A stretch of 31,655 nucleotides of DNA from a virus (Duplodnaviria; Caudoviricetes). The notes beneath the pieces are model-generated. The model searched no databases, was not told where the DNA came from, and saw nothing but the letters and a program-made list of their open reading frames with translations. Positions within the stretch are counted from its first letter, which is position 1. Each line of letters begins with the position of its first letter. Shown piece after piece: positions 1-7,741 of this stretch. The position numbers were made by a program, and so were the translations under genes. The stretch is from IMG/VR virus record IMGVR_UViG_3300035014_000027, positions 1 through 31,655 of that record; one strand, given 5' to 3'.

Positions 1-204
1 ATGAAAACGAAGCTGAACGACGGGCGCGACGGGGCATCGGCGGACGCGCGGCGCTCGTTCATGATCGAGACCGACGAAGATTGCCAGCTCGCCAGAGACA
101 GGCTCGACACCATGAAGGCCGAAGGACCTGACGCGGACAGCCGGGACGAGGTCGAAGCGCTCCAAGCGGCGATCGCGCGATGGCACGCGCGGAAGAAGGC
201 CTAG
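1..204 (+). CDS. Hypothetical protein (67 aa)
   Basis: ATG-to-TAG ORF with phage-like codon use; helical, charged. Confidence 0.55.
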   Translation: MKTKLNDGRDGASADARRSFMIETDEDCQLARDRLDTMKAEGPDADSRDEVEALQAAIARWHARKKA

Positions 205-295
205 CATGCGGTCGCGTCGGGCAGGCCGGCAATGCTTCAGAGCCGGGATCAGGCCGTCCAGGCAGGGAGTGGTGGGGGAAGCAGTTTCCCCACAA

Positions 296-988
296 ATGGC
301 TCAGGCCAACGACTTAGCCCGAGGTGCGGGCGTTTCCGCCCCCATTGGCGAGAATGAGCAATTTCGCGCGCCGCCCGCACCGTCCACCACCCCCCACCCT
401 GAGAAGGCGCCGTTCCCGGATGGTTCCTTCACGCCGGGGCCATGGGTCGCTCGGCCGAATCCGAGCGGGAATGGCGAATGGGAAGTCGTCAAACCCGATG
501 ACGACAAGGATTTCGCTGATGAGCCTTGGTTCATCGCGGCCTGCTTTGATGATGCAGATGGCGCCTCGGCTGAAGCCAACGCCCGCCTGACCGCGGCCGC
601 TCCCGACATGTTCGAGGCGCTGAAAGCCGCGAAGGCTTTCCATGACCGCGATTCCGGCCTTCCTCGACATCGAGAGGGCCGCAGCATGAGCAATCATACC
701 GCCGGACCTTGGAAAGCAGTTAAGGCCGCTCACGGTCCGATCGATATCTTAGACAGCAGGGGACGCGACATCGTCACGTTCTACGGCGGAGGCGTCGAGG
801 GCGAGAGCAAAGCTGCGAACGCTCAGATTACTGCAGCTGCCCCGGATATGTTCGAGGCGCTTGAAGGCATCGTCCATTTTTCAGATGCGGTCGCCTATCG
901 CGACGACGCTCTGTCCCGATCTCTTCGCGAGTGGATCGAGGCCGGTCGCGTTGCGCTCGAAAAGGCCAAGACGGGAGCCTCCTCATGA
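296..988 (+). CDS. Phage early protein with two tandem TPGPW...ANARL.AAAPDM.EAL domains (start uncertain; second domain could start at ATG 686)
   Basis: FTPGPW...ANARLTAAAPDMFEAL and HTAGPW...ANAQITAAAPDMFEAL, a common small phage early-gene family; stop overlaps the next ATG (ATGA 985-988). Confidence 0.7.
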   Translation: MAQANDLARGAGVSAPIGENEQFRAPPAPSTTPHPEKAPFPDGSFTPGPWVARPNPSGNGEWEVVKPDDDKDFADEPWFIAACFDDADGASAEANARLTAAAPDMFEALKAAKAFHDRDSGLPRHREGRSMSNHTAGPWKAVKAAHGPIDILDSRGRDIVTFYGGGVEGESKAANAQITAAAPDMFEALEGIVHFSDAVAYRDDALSRSLREWIEAGRVALEKAKTGASS

Positions 989-1326
989 GCGCCCCCACCC
1001 CCGCGCAGGATGGCGGCCCTATTCATCCGATCCCCGAAGTCCGCGATGCTGACGGCAACGGCATTATGGAAGGCTGGCCCGGCATGAGCCTGCGCGATTG
1101 GTTGGCCGGTATGGAAAAGGCTCCAGAAGATCTTTCTGTCGGTTATGCCGAAGCTCTCGCCGGACGGCCTCACCCGCACAAGAATACCACCCTTGGTGCG
1201 GTCGACCCCGATGCGACAGTAGCCGTTATCGAGTTCTGGGCCGACGCCGAGGCTCGGTATCGTTACATCAAAGCCGATGCCATGCTCCGTGCTCGCGCCC
1301 TCGCCAAAGGCCCCTCCCATGTCTGA
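985..1326 (+). CDS. Conserved phage hypothetical protein (GGP..P / GMSLRDW.AG / ADAML.AR family)
   Basis: Motifs DGGPIHP, GMSLRDWLAG, ADAMLRAR; ATGA coupling with the upstream gene. Confidence 0.8.
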   Translation: MSAPTPAQDGGPIHPIPEVRDADGNGIMEGWPGMSLRDWLAGMEKAPEDLSVGYAEALAGRPHPHKNTTLGAVDPDATVAVIEFWADAEARYRYIKADAMLRARALAKGPSHV

Positions 1327-1978
1327 GAGCAAGGGGGATGGGCGGGTCGCCGCGCTGTATGTCGAGACGGGTGGCGCCTATTTCGGCCTGCCGGGTGTGG
1401 ACCCTTGGGACGAGGCCCGCGACGCGCGGCTCTATGCCGGTCCGTGGCCTGTGGTCGCGCATCCGCCATGCCAGCGGTGGGGCCGCTACAGCGAGAGCCA
1501 TCCGATCGTCGGCAAGATAGCTGAGACAGGCGATGACGGCGGTTGTTTCGCCGCTGCCCTGGCCGCTGTCCGCGCGTTCGGAGGCGTGATCGAGCATCCG
1601 AAGGACAGCAAGGCGTTCGTAGGCCACCCGAAGAGCTTTGATCTGGGCCGCCCGACGCCGCTCGGCTGGACGCGCTCATGGGATGGCATCGGCTGGATCT
1701 GCCAGGTTGAGCAGGGCCATTACGGGCACTTCAGCCGCAAGGCGACTTGGCTCTACGCGGCCGGCGTCGAACTGCCTTCGCTGATCTGGGGTCCTTCCGA
1801 ACAGCGGATCCATCCGGTTGCCCTCGCCAAGCATGGATACGCCAAGGCTCGCCGCATCGGCATGATGGCCATGGTCGGCGGCAAGGACAAAACCCGCATC
1901 CGCAACACCACGCCGGCAGAGTTCCGCGACGTTCTGATCGCGATGGCTCGTACGGCTCACATGAGGGCCGCAGCATGA
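1319..1978 (+). CDS. Phage DNA cytosine-C5 methyltransferase-like protein (atypical)
   Basis: AHPPCQ (motif IV-like), VIEHP (motif VI-like), Q..YGH..RKATWLY (motif VIII-like); canonical FxGxGG motif I absent. Confidence 0.6.
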   Translation: MSESKGDGRVAALYVETGGAYFGLPGVDPWDEARDARLYAGPWPVVAHPPCQRWGRYSESHPIVGKIAETGDDGGCFAAALAAVRAFGGVIEHPKDSKAFVGHPKSFDLGRPTPLGWTRSWDGIGWICQVEQGHYGHFSRKATWLYAAGVELPSLIWGPSEQRIHPVALAKHGYAKARRIGMMAMVGGKDKTRIRNTTPAEFRDVLIAMARTAHMRAAA

Positions 1979-2424
1979 CCGCCCCTTCAATCGACGCCGT
2001 GAGCGGGTTGGTGCGCGAACTTCGGGGCCTAGCGAAGGCTCACGCGCTCGGCTCCGCGTTCTTCGACAAGGAGAACGCCCGCACGTGCTCATCCGCAGCC
2101 GACGCCCTAGAGGCCCAGGCCCGCGAGCTGGCGGAGGCGCGGTCCGATCTTGACGCAGCTTATCTTCGGCAAAACGACATATTAATCGAACGAGACACCG
2201 CCGAAGCCCGCATCGCCGCCCTCGAAGACGCCGTGCGGGTGAAGGACGAGGCGCACCTTGGAGCCATGGCAGCGCTTGCGGCAGCGATAAGCCTGCTTGA
2301 ACGCACGCCCAAGGCGAAGAAAGCGGCTCCGTCAGACCGAATGTTCGATCTGATGCTCGATGACTACCGCAAGGCGCTGGACGCCGCTCGCACCGCCCTC
2401 TCGAATGGAGAGCCCAATGACTGA
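1975..2424 (+). CDS. Hypothetical coiled-coil phage protein
   Basis: ATGA overlap at 1975-1978; AADALEAQARELAEAR and AEARIAALE heptads. Confidence 0.75.
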   Translation: MTAPSIDAVSGLVRELRGLAKAHALGSAFFDKENARTCSSAADALEAQARELAEARSDLDAAYLRQNDILIERDTAEARIAALEDAVRVKDEAHLGAMAALAAAISLLERTPKAKKAAPSDRMFDLMLDDYRKALDAARTALSNGEPND

Positions 2425-3418
2425 TAAGAGCACACTGACCGCGACCAACGGCGACAACCGGCCGTTCCCGAATTACGAGGTGATGCCTGACCCGACCGAC
2501 GAGATGCTGGCCAGTCCGCAGTTTGAAGCGATATGGAGCGTCATCAAGTCGTGGGACGTGAACGTGCCGGAAGCCTACAGCGGCTATTGCGGCGCGAACG
2601 GGTCGCACGTCGCCATGATCCTGCGCGCGCTATCCGCCTCCCCCTTTCCTCCGCCATCGGCAGGCGTGGATGCGGTGGCGGTGAAGGCGCTGGAATGGTC
2701 TGAAATTGAGCGAGATCGGGGCGATGGGCAGACCGATAGGCTAGGCGAATGGGAGGCGTCCAGCATCGTCGGCGTCTACGCGATCAACATCTCGACGTGC
2801 GGCGATATGCACGCGCCTTGGGAGGTTTTCGGCGGCGATGACAGCAAGATTGGCAATTTCGCCACTCTCGACGAAGCCAAAGCCGCAGCCCAAGCCGATT
2901 ACGAGGCTCGCATCCGTTCGGCCCTCACCCCGGCGCCGACGCACGTTGAGGCTGGGGGCGAGGCGGAACCCGTCGCGTGGCAGTGGCGACATAAAAGCGA
3001 CAAGGGATGGCGCCTCTCGTGGGAGAAGCCGTTCAATCCCGGAATCGAGTTAAGGCCGCTCTACACCCTCGCCAAGCCCGCCCCTGCGGTGGAGGCGGTA
3101 AGGGAGGATGCCGAACGGTGGCGCGCGCTCATGTCGAGCCAGCGCATGCACATGATGGGTTCGTTCGGGTTTGATTACGTCTTCGACCCGCCGGACAGCA
3201 AGAAGACCGCCGATCTAGTCGATGTAGTCCCGCGAGCTGGCGATCACATGCACTTCGGCATCGAGTTCTGGTCGGAGCACTCCGCTTACGGCGATCCGGC
3301 ATGGCCGGACGACTTTCCGCGCAAGGTGCTGACCACCTACGTCGATGAAATGCGCCGTCGCGCCGCCCTCGCTCCCGCAGCGCAGGCCGGGACGGTGGCG
3401 CAGGAGGGCGAGCGATGA
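2417..3418 (+). CDS. Mosaic multi-module phage early protein
   Basis: GGAG RBS before ATG 2417; modules VKALEW...EAKAAAQADYEARIRSAL, EPVAW...RPLY and DAERWRAL joined by Pro/Ala linkers, typical of temperate-phage early mosaics. Confidence 0.75.
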   Translation: MTDKSTLTATNGDNRPFPNYEVMPDPTDEMLASPQFEAIWSVIKSWDVNVPEAYSGYCGANGSHVAMILRALSASPFPPPSAGVDAVAVKALEWSEIERDRGDGQTDRLGEWEASSIVGVYAINISTCGDMHAPWEVFGGDDSKIGNFATLDEAKAAAQADYEARIRSALTPAPTHVEAGGEAEPVAWQWRHKSDKGWRLSWEKPFNPGIELRPLYTLAKPAPAVEAVREDAERWRALMSSQRMHMMGSFGFDYVFDPPDSKKTADLVDVVPRAGDHMHFGIEFWSEHSAYGDPAWPDDFPRKVLTTYVDEMRRRAALAPAAQAGTVAQEGER

Positions 3419-3639
3419 TGCTGACCCCGGCAGAGCGCTACGTTCTTCGCTTCGCTGTTGAGTACGGCCCGCGCGTTTCTTTCGCGACACCTACCAGCAG
3501 GCGAGAGGCCGCAAACCGGCTTATCACACGCGGGCTGTTAAGCGGTTCCTTTAAGGCGTGTTCAGCAACAGATGCCGGTCGCGCTGCCCTCGCCACCCCT
3601 GCCGGCGGGGAGGAGGGGCGCGATGCCGATCTCCGCTGA
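3415..3639 (+). CDS. Hypothetical protein, possible small winged-helix
   Basis: AGGAGG RBS, ATGA overlap; L..RGLL...TDAGRAAL pattern. Confidence 0.65.
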   Translation: MMLTPAERYVLRFAVEYGPRVSFATPTSRREAANRLITRGLLSGSFKACSATDAGRAALATPAGGEEGRDADLR

Positions 3640-4021
3640 GAAGATGAAGCGGTATCCTGGCGGCTCGATTCGCTCGAAAGCGTGGATGGCATTCCGGTCA
3701 TCGCTTTTACAGCGCGCCGGAGATGCCTGCGAAGGCACGCCGCAGAACCCGGATTGCAGGGCGAGGAACGGCCAGCCCCACCCGATCACAGGCGGGCGCG
3801 TCGTTCTGACGATCGCGCACATGGACCATGACGAGACGCATGCTGACCCCGCGCGTTGCCGCGCGCTCTGCCAACGCTGCCACAACATGTGGGACGCGCC
3901 GATGAGGCGGGTCAACGCGAGCAAGACGCTTCACCGCAAGCGCGGGCAAGATGACCTCTTCATCGAAGAGCCGCGCGCCGCTCTCGCCTCTCACAGACAG
4001 GAGAACGAAGAACATGGGTGA
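3623..4021 (+). CDS. HNH-family endonuclease
   Basis: RAGDACE...VVLTIAHMDHD...ALCQRCHN..D; GGAGG RBS. Confidence 0.8.
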   Translation: MPISAEKMKRYPGGSIRSKAWMAFRSSLLQRAGDACEGTPQNPDCRARNGQPHPITGGRVVLTIAHMDHDETHADPARCRALCQRCHNMWDAPMRRVNASKTLHRKRGQDDLFIEEPRAALASHRQENEEHG

Positions 4022-4391
4022 GAAGCTGTTCAACACGAACGACATTCTGTCGGTGGTTACTGGACGACTTATGGGCGATATCGGCGGCGTCTACGAAGTT
4101 CTCAACTGGATGACAGGCGAGAATCTGTTCACGCATCAACTGCCGCGCGTCAGGCAGGAAGGCGCGCCGGTTATCGTTGCTCGCCACCCGCATCTTCAGG
4201 AGGCTATCGAAGAATCCGCAGAGGTGACGCCTGACAACTGGAAGACGTGGCTATCGACGTGGACCGACCGCTACGGACCTCAAATTGCCGTACCGACGAT
4301 GAACAACGAACAGCACGAACGGATCGACCCAATGTCAGAGGCCGCGGAGTATTTTGCTCCGAGCCAAACCATTGTGGTGCGTCATGACTGA
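4014..4391 (+). CDS. Conserved phage hypothetical protein (TGRL...YEVLNWMTGE.LFTHQLPR family)
   Basis: Recognisable conserved phage motif; overlaps both neighbours by 8 nt. Confidence 0.75.
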   Translation: MGEKLFNTNDILSVVTGRLMGDIGGVYEVLNWMTGENLFTHQLPRVRQEGAPVIVARHPHLQEAIEESAEVTPDNWKTWLSTWTDRYGPQIAVPTMNNEQHERIDPMSEAAEYFAPSQTIVVRHD

Positions 4392-4887
4392 GCCAGCAGG
4401 CGTGGGAATATCCGCGCTGATCGGCAAGCTCGACCACTTCGCTACGCATGCCGGATGCAGCCGAGCGCTGAACGAGGTCTGTCGTGAGGCTGCCGAGGCC
4501 CTACGAGGATTCGCCCCGATCCTGGCGGAGAAGGCCGAACGCGATGCTCACGAAGCGAAGCTAGTTGAAACGGGCAAGTGGCTGCAAGAGCTTGCCGAGA
4601 ACCCACCTGAGCCGAACGAGGCGTTGAAGAAGCTCTTCGCTGATTACAAGGCAGCGAGCATCAGATCGGTCGGGCTGGACGACGACTGGAAAGCCCGCGC
4701 CCTAGCCGCAGAAGCCGCGCTCGCGGGGGAGAGGGAGCGGTGCCTGGCGATTGTCGAAGCGCAGGTGCCAGAGTGGGTGAAGGAGCGCTCCGGCCCTTAC
4801 TGGGATGGCTACCGGAAGGCCATGGAAGACGCCGCAGAGGATATGCCAAAGGGCACGCCTGACTCGACAACCCCGCATCGCTCATGA
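4384..4887 (+). CDS. Hypothetical phage protein, last gene of the early operon
   Basis: Overlaps the upstream stop; WKARALAAEAAL..ERERC motif common in phage early proteins. Confidence 0.7.
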   Translation: MTEPAGVGISALIGKLDHFATHAGCSRALNEVCREAAEALRGFAPILAEKAERDAHEAKLVETGKWLQELAENPPEPNEALKKLFADYKAASIRSVGLDDDWKARALAAEAALAGERERCLAIVEAQVPEWVKERSGPYWDGYRKAMEDAAEDMPKGTPDSTTPHRS

Positions 4888-4906
4888 AGATGAGGGGATG
4901 GCCGGC

Positions 4907-5158
4907 CTAGAGGTTCTGCCCGCACTCTCGAGCTGCAGCTTCGAATGATCCCCTCGCCTGCTCAATCGGCGCCTGGTCCTTGATCACAGCCATGCAGTCG
5001 GCGACCGCCTGCTGCCAGACCGGGCCCGTGCCCTTCCCCTTCCACTTCAACAGGAATTCGGCCGCTCGTTCGGCATTGGTGACGCAATAGCGTTCCCCGA
5101 CCTTTTCGGTTGCGACATAGACGGGCGGGGAGAACCAGTGCAGCGGCATGACGCACAC
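4907..5158 (-). CDS. DUF982-family protein
   Basis: WF.PPVYV...V.NA..AAEFLL.W...G..W..A...C......AR..FEAAARE.G pattern typical of Rhizobiales DUF982. Confidence 0.8.
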   Translation of the reverse strand: MCVMPLHWFSPPVYVATEKVGERYCVTNAERAAEFLLKWKGKGTGPVWQQAVADCMAVIKDQAPIEQARGSFEAAARECGQNL

Positions 5159-5193
5159 AATGCCGACTGCGGGGAATCGTTCCGCCGGGGCAG

Positions 5194-5490
5194 CTACCCC
5201 GCCTCGTACTCCCGAGCATATTGCTGGTAGAGCGCTTCATACTCAGCATCTTCGGCCATAGCGTCGCTGATCTCGTCATCGGAGACCAGCACGCCGCCGA
5301 AGTGGCTGGTGAAGGCGCGCGCCAGCCGGCGCTCGTCGAAGGCGATGCGGATCGTCTCCGAGCCCGGCATACGGTCAATCACTTCGAACTTGATCTCCCA
5401 GTCGGCGCACCAGCTGCTGATCCGGCTGAGCCGTTCCGGAGCCGCGCTCTCAGATAGCTTCAGTTCGACCTGATGGACGAAGGCCGTCAT
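5194..5490 (-). CDS. Hypothetical protein (98 aa) translationally coupled to the umuD-like gene
   Basis: ATGA overlap at 5487-5490; acidic C-terminal tail. Confidence 0.8.
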   Translation of the reverse strand: MTAFVHQVELKLSESAAPERLSRISSWCADWEIKFEVIDRMPGSETIRIAFDERRLARAFTSHFGGVLVSDDEISDAMAEDAEYEALYQQYAREYEAG

Positions 5491-5909
5491 CGCCGAAACC
5501 GCCGCACGGCATTAGTCACCACCCCGAAAACGTCGATCTCGGCATCCTCGCCAGGGCCAAACTCGGGATACCGGGCGTTGCCGTAGGCGAGCTTCATCCG
5601 GCCGCCAACGAGGCGCGCGATCTTGACCGAGCGCTCGCCATTGACGTCGACCACGACAGGATCGCCATCCTTCGGCATGAGGCTGCGATCCACAGTAATC
5701 AGCGAGCCGTCGAAGATTCCGGCGTCGATCGCGCTGTTGCCCTTCACCTTCATGATGAAGGTTGCCGCGGTGTTCTGGATAAGCTCGCGCGAGAGGTCGA
5801 TCGGCTGGTCCATGAAGTCGTCGGCCGGCGATGGAAAGCCCGCACTGACCGCCTTCAGAAAGACCGGGAGGAAGATCGGCGGCCCGACGATCGCTGGCGA
5901 CATCTGCAT
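5487..5909 (-). CDS. umuD: UmuD-like S24 autopeptidase
   Basis: VSAGFPSPADD (Ala-Gly cleavage site), VKGNS (catalytic Ser), RSVK (catalytic Lys); no HTH domain, so UmuD-like rather than LexA/CI. Confidence 0.88.
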   Translation of the reverse strand: MQMSPAIVGPPIFLPVFLKAVSAGFPSPADDFMDQPIDLSRELIQNTAATFIMKVKGNSAIDAGIFDGSLITVDRSLMPKDGDPVVVDVNGERSVKIARLVGGRMKLAYGNARYPEFGPGEDAEIDVFGVVTNAVRRFRR

Positions 5910-5930
5910 GGATTGCGTTCCCTGAAATGA

Positions 5931-5945
5931 GAACGTAATGAGAAC
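5931..5945. promoter_or_regulatory. Alphaproteobacterial LexA (SOS) box
   Basis: GAACgtaatgaGAAC is an exact GAAC-N7-GAAC, in the 59-nt divergent intergenic gap upstream of umuD. Confidence 0.88.
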
Positions 5946-5968
5946 AGACCGAGTGCAGGAGTCAAGCC

Positions 5969-6223
5969 ATGGCAGCCGTCGAAACCTACTTCCTCCAGCC
6001 CTTCAAGACCCATCGCAAGCGGCTCGTGCCGGCGCAGCGCGTGCTTGCCAAGACAAAGCACCACGCGCTGAACGAAGGCGAAAGGCTGGGGAGAACGGCC
6101 GAAGGCGTCGCCGTGATCCAGGTCTCGGCCGACGACGAGACGGGCGAGGTTTCCGCCTTGGAGGTGCTGGCGCGCCACGGCGCCATCCCGGAGGAATTCG
6201 AGGAGCAGATCCGGGCGCTATGA
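5969..6223 (+). CDS. Hypothetical protein (84 aa), probably SOS-regulated
   Basis: AGGAG RBS; directly downstream of the SOS box; D.ETGE......LARHG.IP motif. Confidence 0.8.
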   Translation: MAAVETYFLQPFKTHRKRLVPAQRVLAKTKHHALNEGERLGRTAEGVAVIQVSADDETGEVSALEVLARHGAIPEEFEEQIRAL

Positions 6224-6543
6224 GAGCGCGGGGCCAGCCGAGCGATACCCAAATCAGCCACGAGCACCCGCACCAGGTGGCGGTGCCGCTCTTCGAGGGA
6301 CGCGGTCTGGGCTACTTCAACAATTCCGGGCCGCTTTCGAGCCTGAACCGGCGGCGCTTCTATGTCAGCGATGGCGAGCGTAGCTACGAGGTGTTCTGCT
6401 TCGGCGATCCGGCCCAGGCGGCCCAGTTCCGTGATGCGATCAAGGGCGAGGACTTCGATCCTTATGATCGGGTCGGGCACAAATGGATCCGGGGACGGGG
6501 CAGGAAGCGCGATCGCACCCGGGCTGGAAGAGGTTATTGGTAG
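6220..6543 (+). CDS. Hypothetical protein (107 aa; HQVA...VFCF.D...A..F....GE.FDP family)
   Basis: ATGA overlap at 6220-6223; the track's start at 5938 overlaps the previous gene and is unlikely. Confidence 0.75.
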   Translation: MRARGQPSDTQISHEHPHQVAVPLFEGRGLGYFNNSGPLSSLNRRRFYVSDGERSYEVFCFGDPAQAAQFRDAIKGEDFDPYDRVGHKWIRGRGRKRDRTRAGRGYW

Positions 6544-6633
6544 CCCGCCTCCCGATAGAGATTTGCCGATGCCTTTCCCGCCCGCCAACCCGCCCATGGT
6601 CTTCTCCGTCCTCGCTGGCCGCGAGGTCTCGAC

Positions 6634-6816
6634 TTGGTCGGAAGAGTGGTCGAAGCTTGGGAGGCCGGCCATCATGACGCCACCGGCAAGGTCGTGGTGG
6701 TGTTCCGCTACAGCGACCGCGAGCCGATCGCATGGGGCTGCGATCCGGACATTGCCGAGGAGATCGGGAATGGCTTGCTGATGCTGGCGGCTGAGGCGCG
6801 CAAGCGAAAGCACTGA
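6634..6816 (+). CDS. Hypothetical protein or gene remnant (60 aa)
   Basis: Protein-like C-terminal part (VVVVFRYSDREPIAWG...), weak TTG start. Confidence 0.4.
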   Translation: MVGRVVEAWEAGHHDATGKVVVVFRYSDREPIAWGCDPDIAEEIGNGLLMLAAEARKRKH

Positions 6817-6821
6817 AGCCA

Positions 6822-6895
6822 AACAAAAAGGGCCGCCGCTCCCGAAGGAACGACGGCCCAAGTTTAGGGAGGAAACGCCCAAGGAGGGCGGCCGC
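6822..6895 (-). ncRNA. suhB / alpha-r8 (MmgR-like) small RNA
   Basis: Minus strand reads GCCCUCCUUGGGCG-UUUCCUCCCU-AAACUU, then a GC stem with UUCG loop and a U tract; the UUUCCUCCCU core (6866-6875) is the hallmark of this family; 5' end approximate. Confidence 0.8.
6825..6859 (-). terminator. Rho-independent terminator ending the late/lysis transcript and the sRNA
   Basis: GGGCCGUCGUUCC-UUCG-GGAGCGGCGGCCC-UUUUU; 13-bp stem that is fully paired (two G-U pairs) only on the minus strand. Confidence 0.9.
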
Positions 6896-6912
6896 TTAGG
6901 GCGACCAGTCCA

Positions 6913-7269
6913 TCACCGTCCGGAGCGCCTGGGCGCCACGGGCTGCAATTGCTTCAGCATCTCCTGAGCCATGATCTCGGCGCGACGGACGATCTCGGCG
7001 TCTTCCGCGCGCTCTTGGCTCAGCGCCAGCATCTTCTCTAGGGCCGATGCTATCCGTTCATCGGCCTCGGCAGATCGTGCCGTCGCATCCGCGATGGCCT
7101 GAAACGGCTTCATGTCGGCCAATGACAAGCCGGGGATCAGGCGGTCGCCGGTGGGCGTCGTCGGCTCTTTCCGCTCCTGCAGATACTTCCGCACGCCGAT
7201 GATGCCGAGGATCGTTCCGGTGACGATCGTGGCAACGATGTTCTCGGTGCTGAGCGCGCTAGCGTCCAT
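6913..7269 (-). CDS. Lysis-region membrane protein (one N-terminal TM segment plus helical tail)
   Basis: IVATIVTGTILGIIGV followed by RK; coiled-coil-like C-terminus; ATG 7269 overlaps the upstream gene. Confidence 0.75.
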   Translation of the reverse strand: MDASALSTENIVATIVTGTILGIIGVRKYLQERKEPTTPTGDRLIPGLSLADMKPFQAIADATARSAEADERIASALEKMLALSQERAEDAEIVRRAEIMAQEMLKQLQPVAPRRSGR

Positions 7270-7738
7270 CTGACACTGCCCTGTCCATGCCCCCGGCGTC
7301 CTTGAGGGCCGCAACGACATTCATCGCGTCGAGGACCAGAAGGCCGGGGTACACGGCAAGGCCAGTCGTCAGCACGTCGGATGCCCAGAGGCCGAAGCTG
7401 ATCTGGAACCAGAGAAAGCAGGTCAGGAATGATGCGAGCGCGCGGACATGCGGGGACCAGCGCCCGTACCAGGTCCCGGCAAACGTCCCGTTGATGACGA
7501 GCGCCAGCAGACGGAACCCGCCGATCCAGATGGCAACCTTGCCCCAGGTGGTTTCGCTCATGAAGGCGGCCATCTGGGCCCATGCCTTCGACTGAACGAA
7601 TGTCGGGTCTGGGCCGATCAGGATAAAGCCCCACACGACCATCACACCGGCCGTCACCCATTCGGATCGACGAGCCGGGAAGTGGTGAGCGATGCCGAGG
7701 TAGAGCCGAGTCGGCAGCGGCTTGCCGCGATGGGGCAT
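7259..7738 (-). CDS. Four-TM membrane protein of the lysis region
   Basis: Four hydrophobic segments; R.SEW motif; position after the holin candidate. Confidence 0.8.
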   Translation of the reverse strand: MPHRGKPLPTRLYLGIAHHFPARRSEWVTAGVMVVWGFILIGPDPTFVQSKAWAQMAAFMSETTWGKVAIWIGGFRLLALVINGTFAGTWYGRWSPHVRALASFLTCFLWFQISFGLWASDVLTTGLAVYPGLLVLDAMNVVAALKDAGGMDRAVSDGR

Positions 7739-7741
7739 GGC

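Noticed and set aside
272-381. Hairpin 272-293 and 10-bp inverted repeat ggtgcgggcg/cgcccgcacc (323-332, 372-381) as a possible ncRNA
   Set aside because: Short GC-rich stems are expected at this composition; no U tract or family motif, and they may lie in coding sequence
5487-5909. Prophage CI repressor or LexA
   Set aside because: No N-terminal DNA-binding domain; size and AGFPSPA motif fit UmuD
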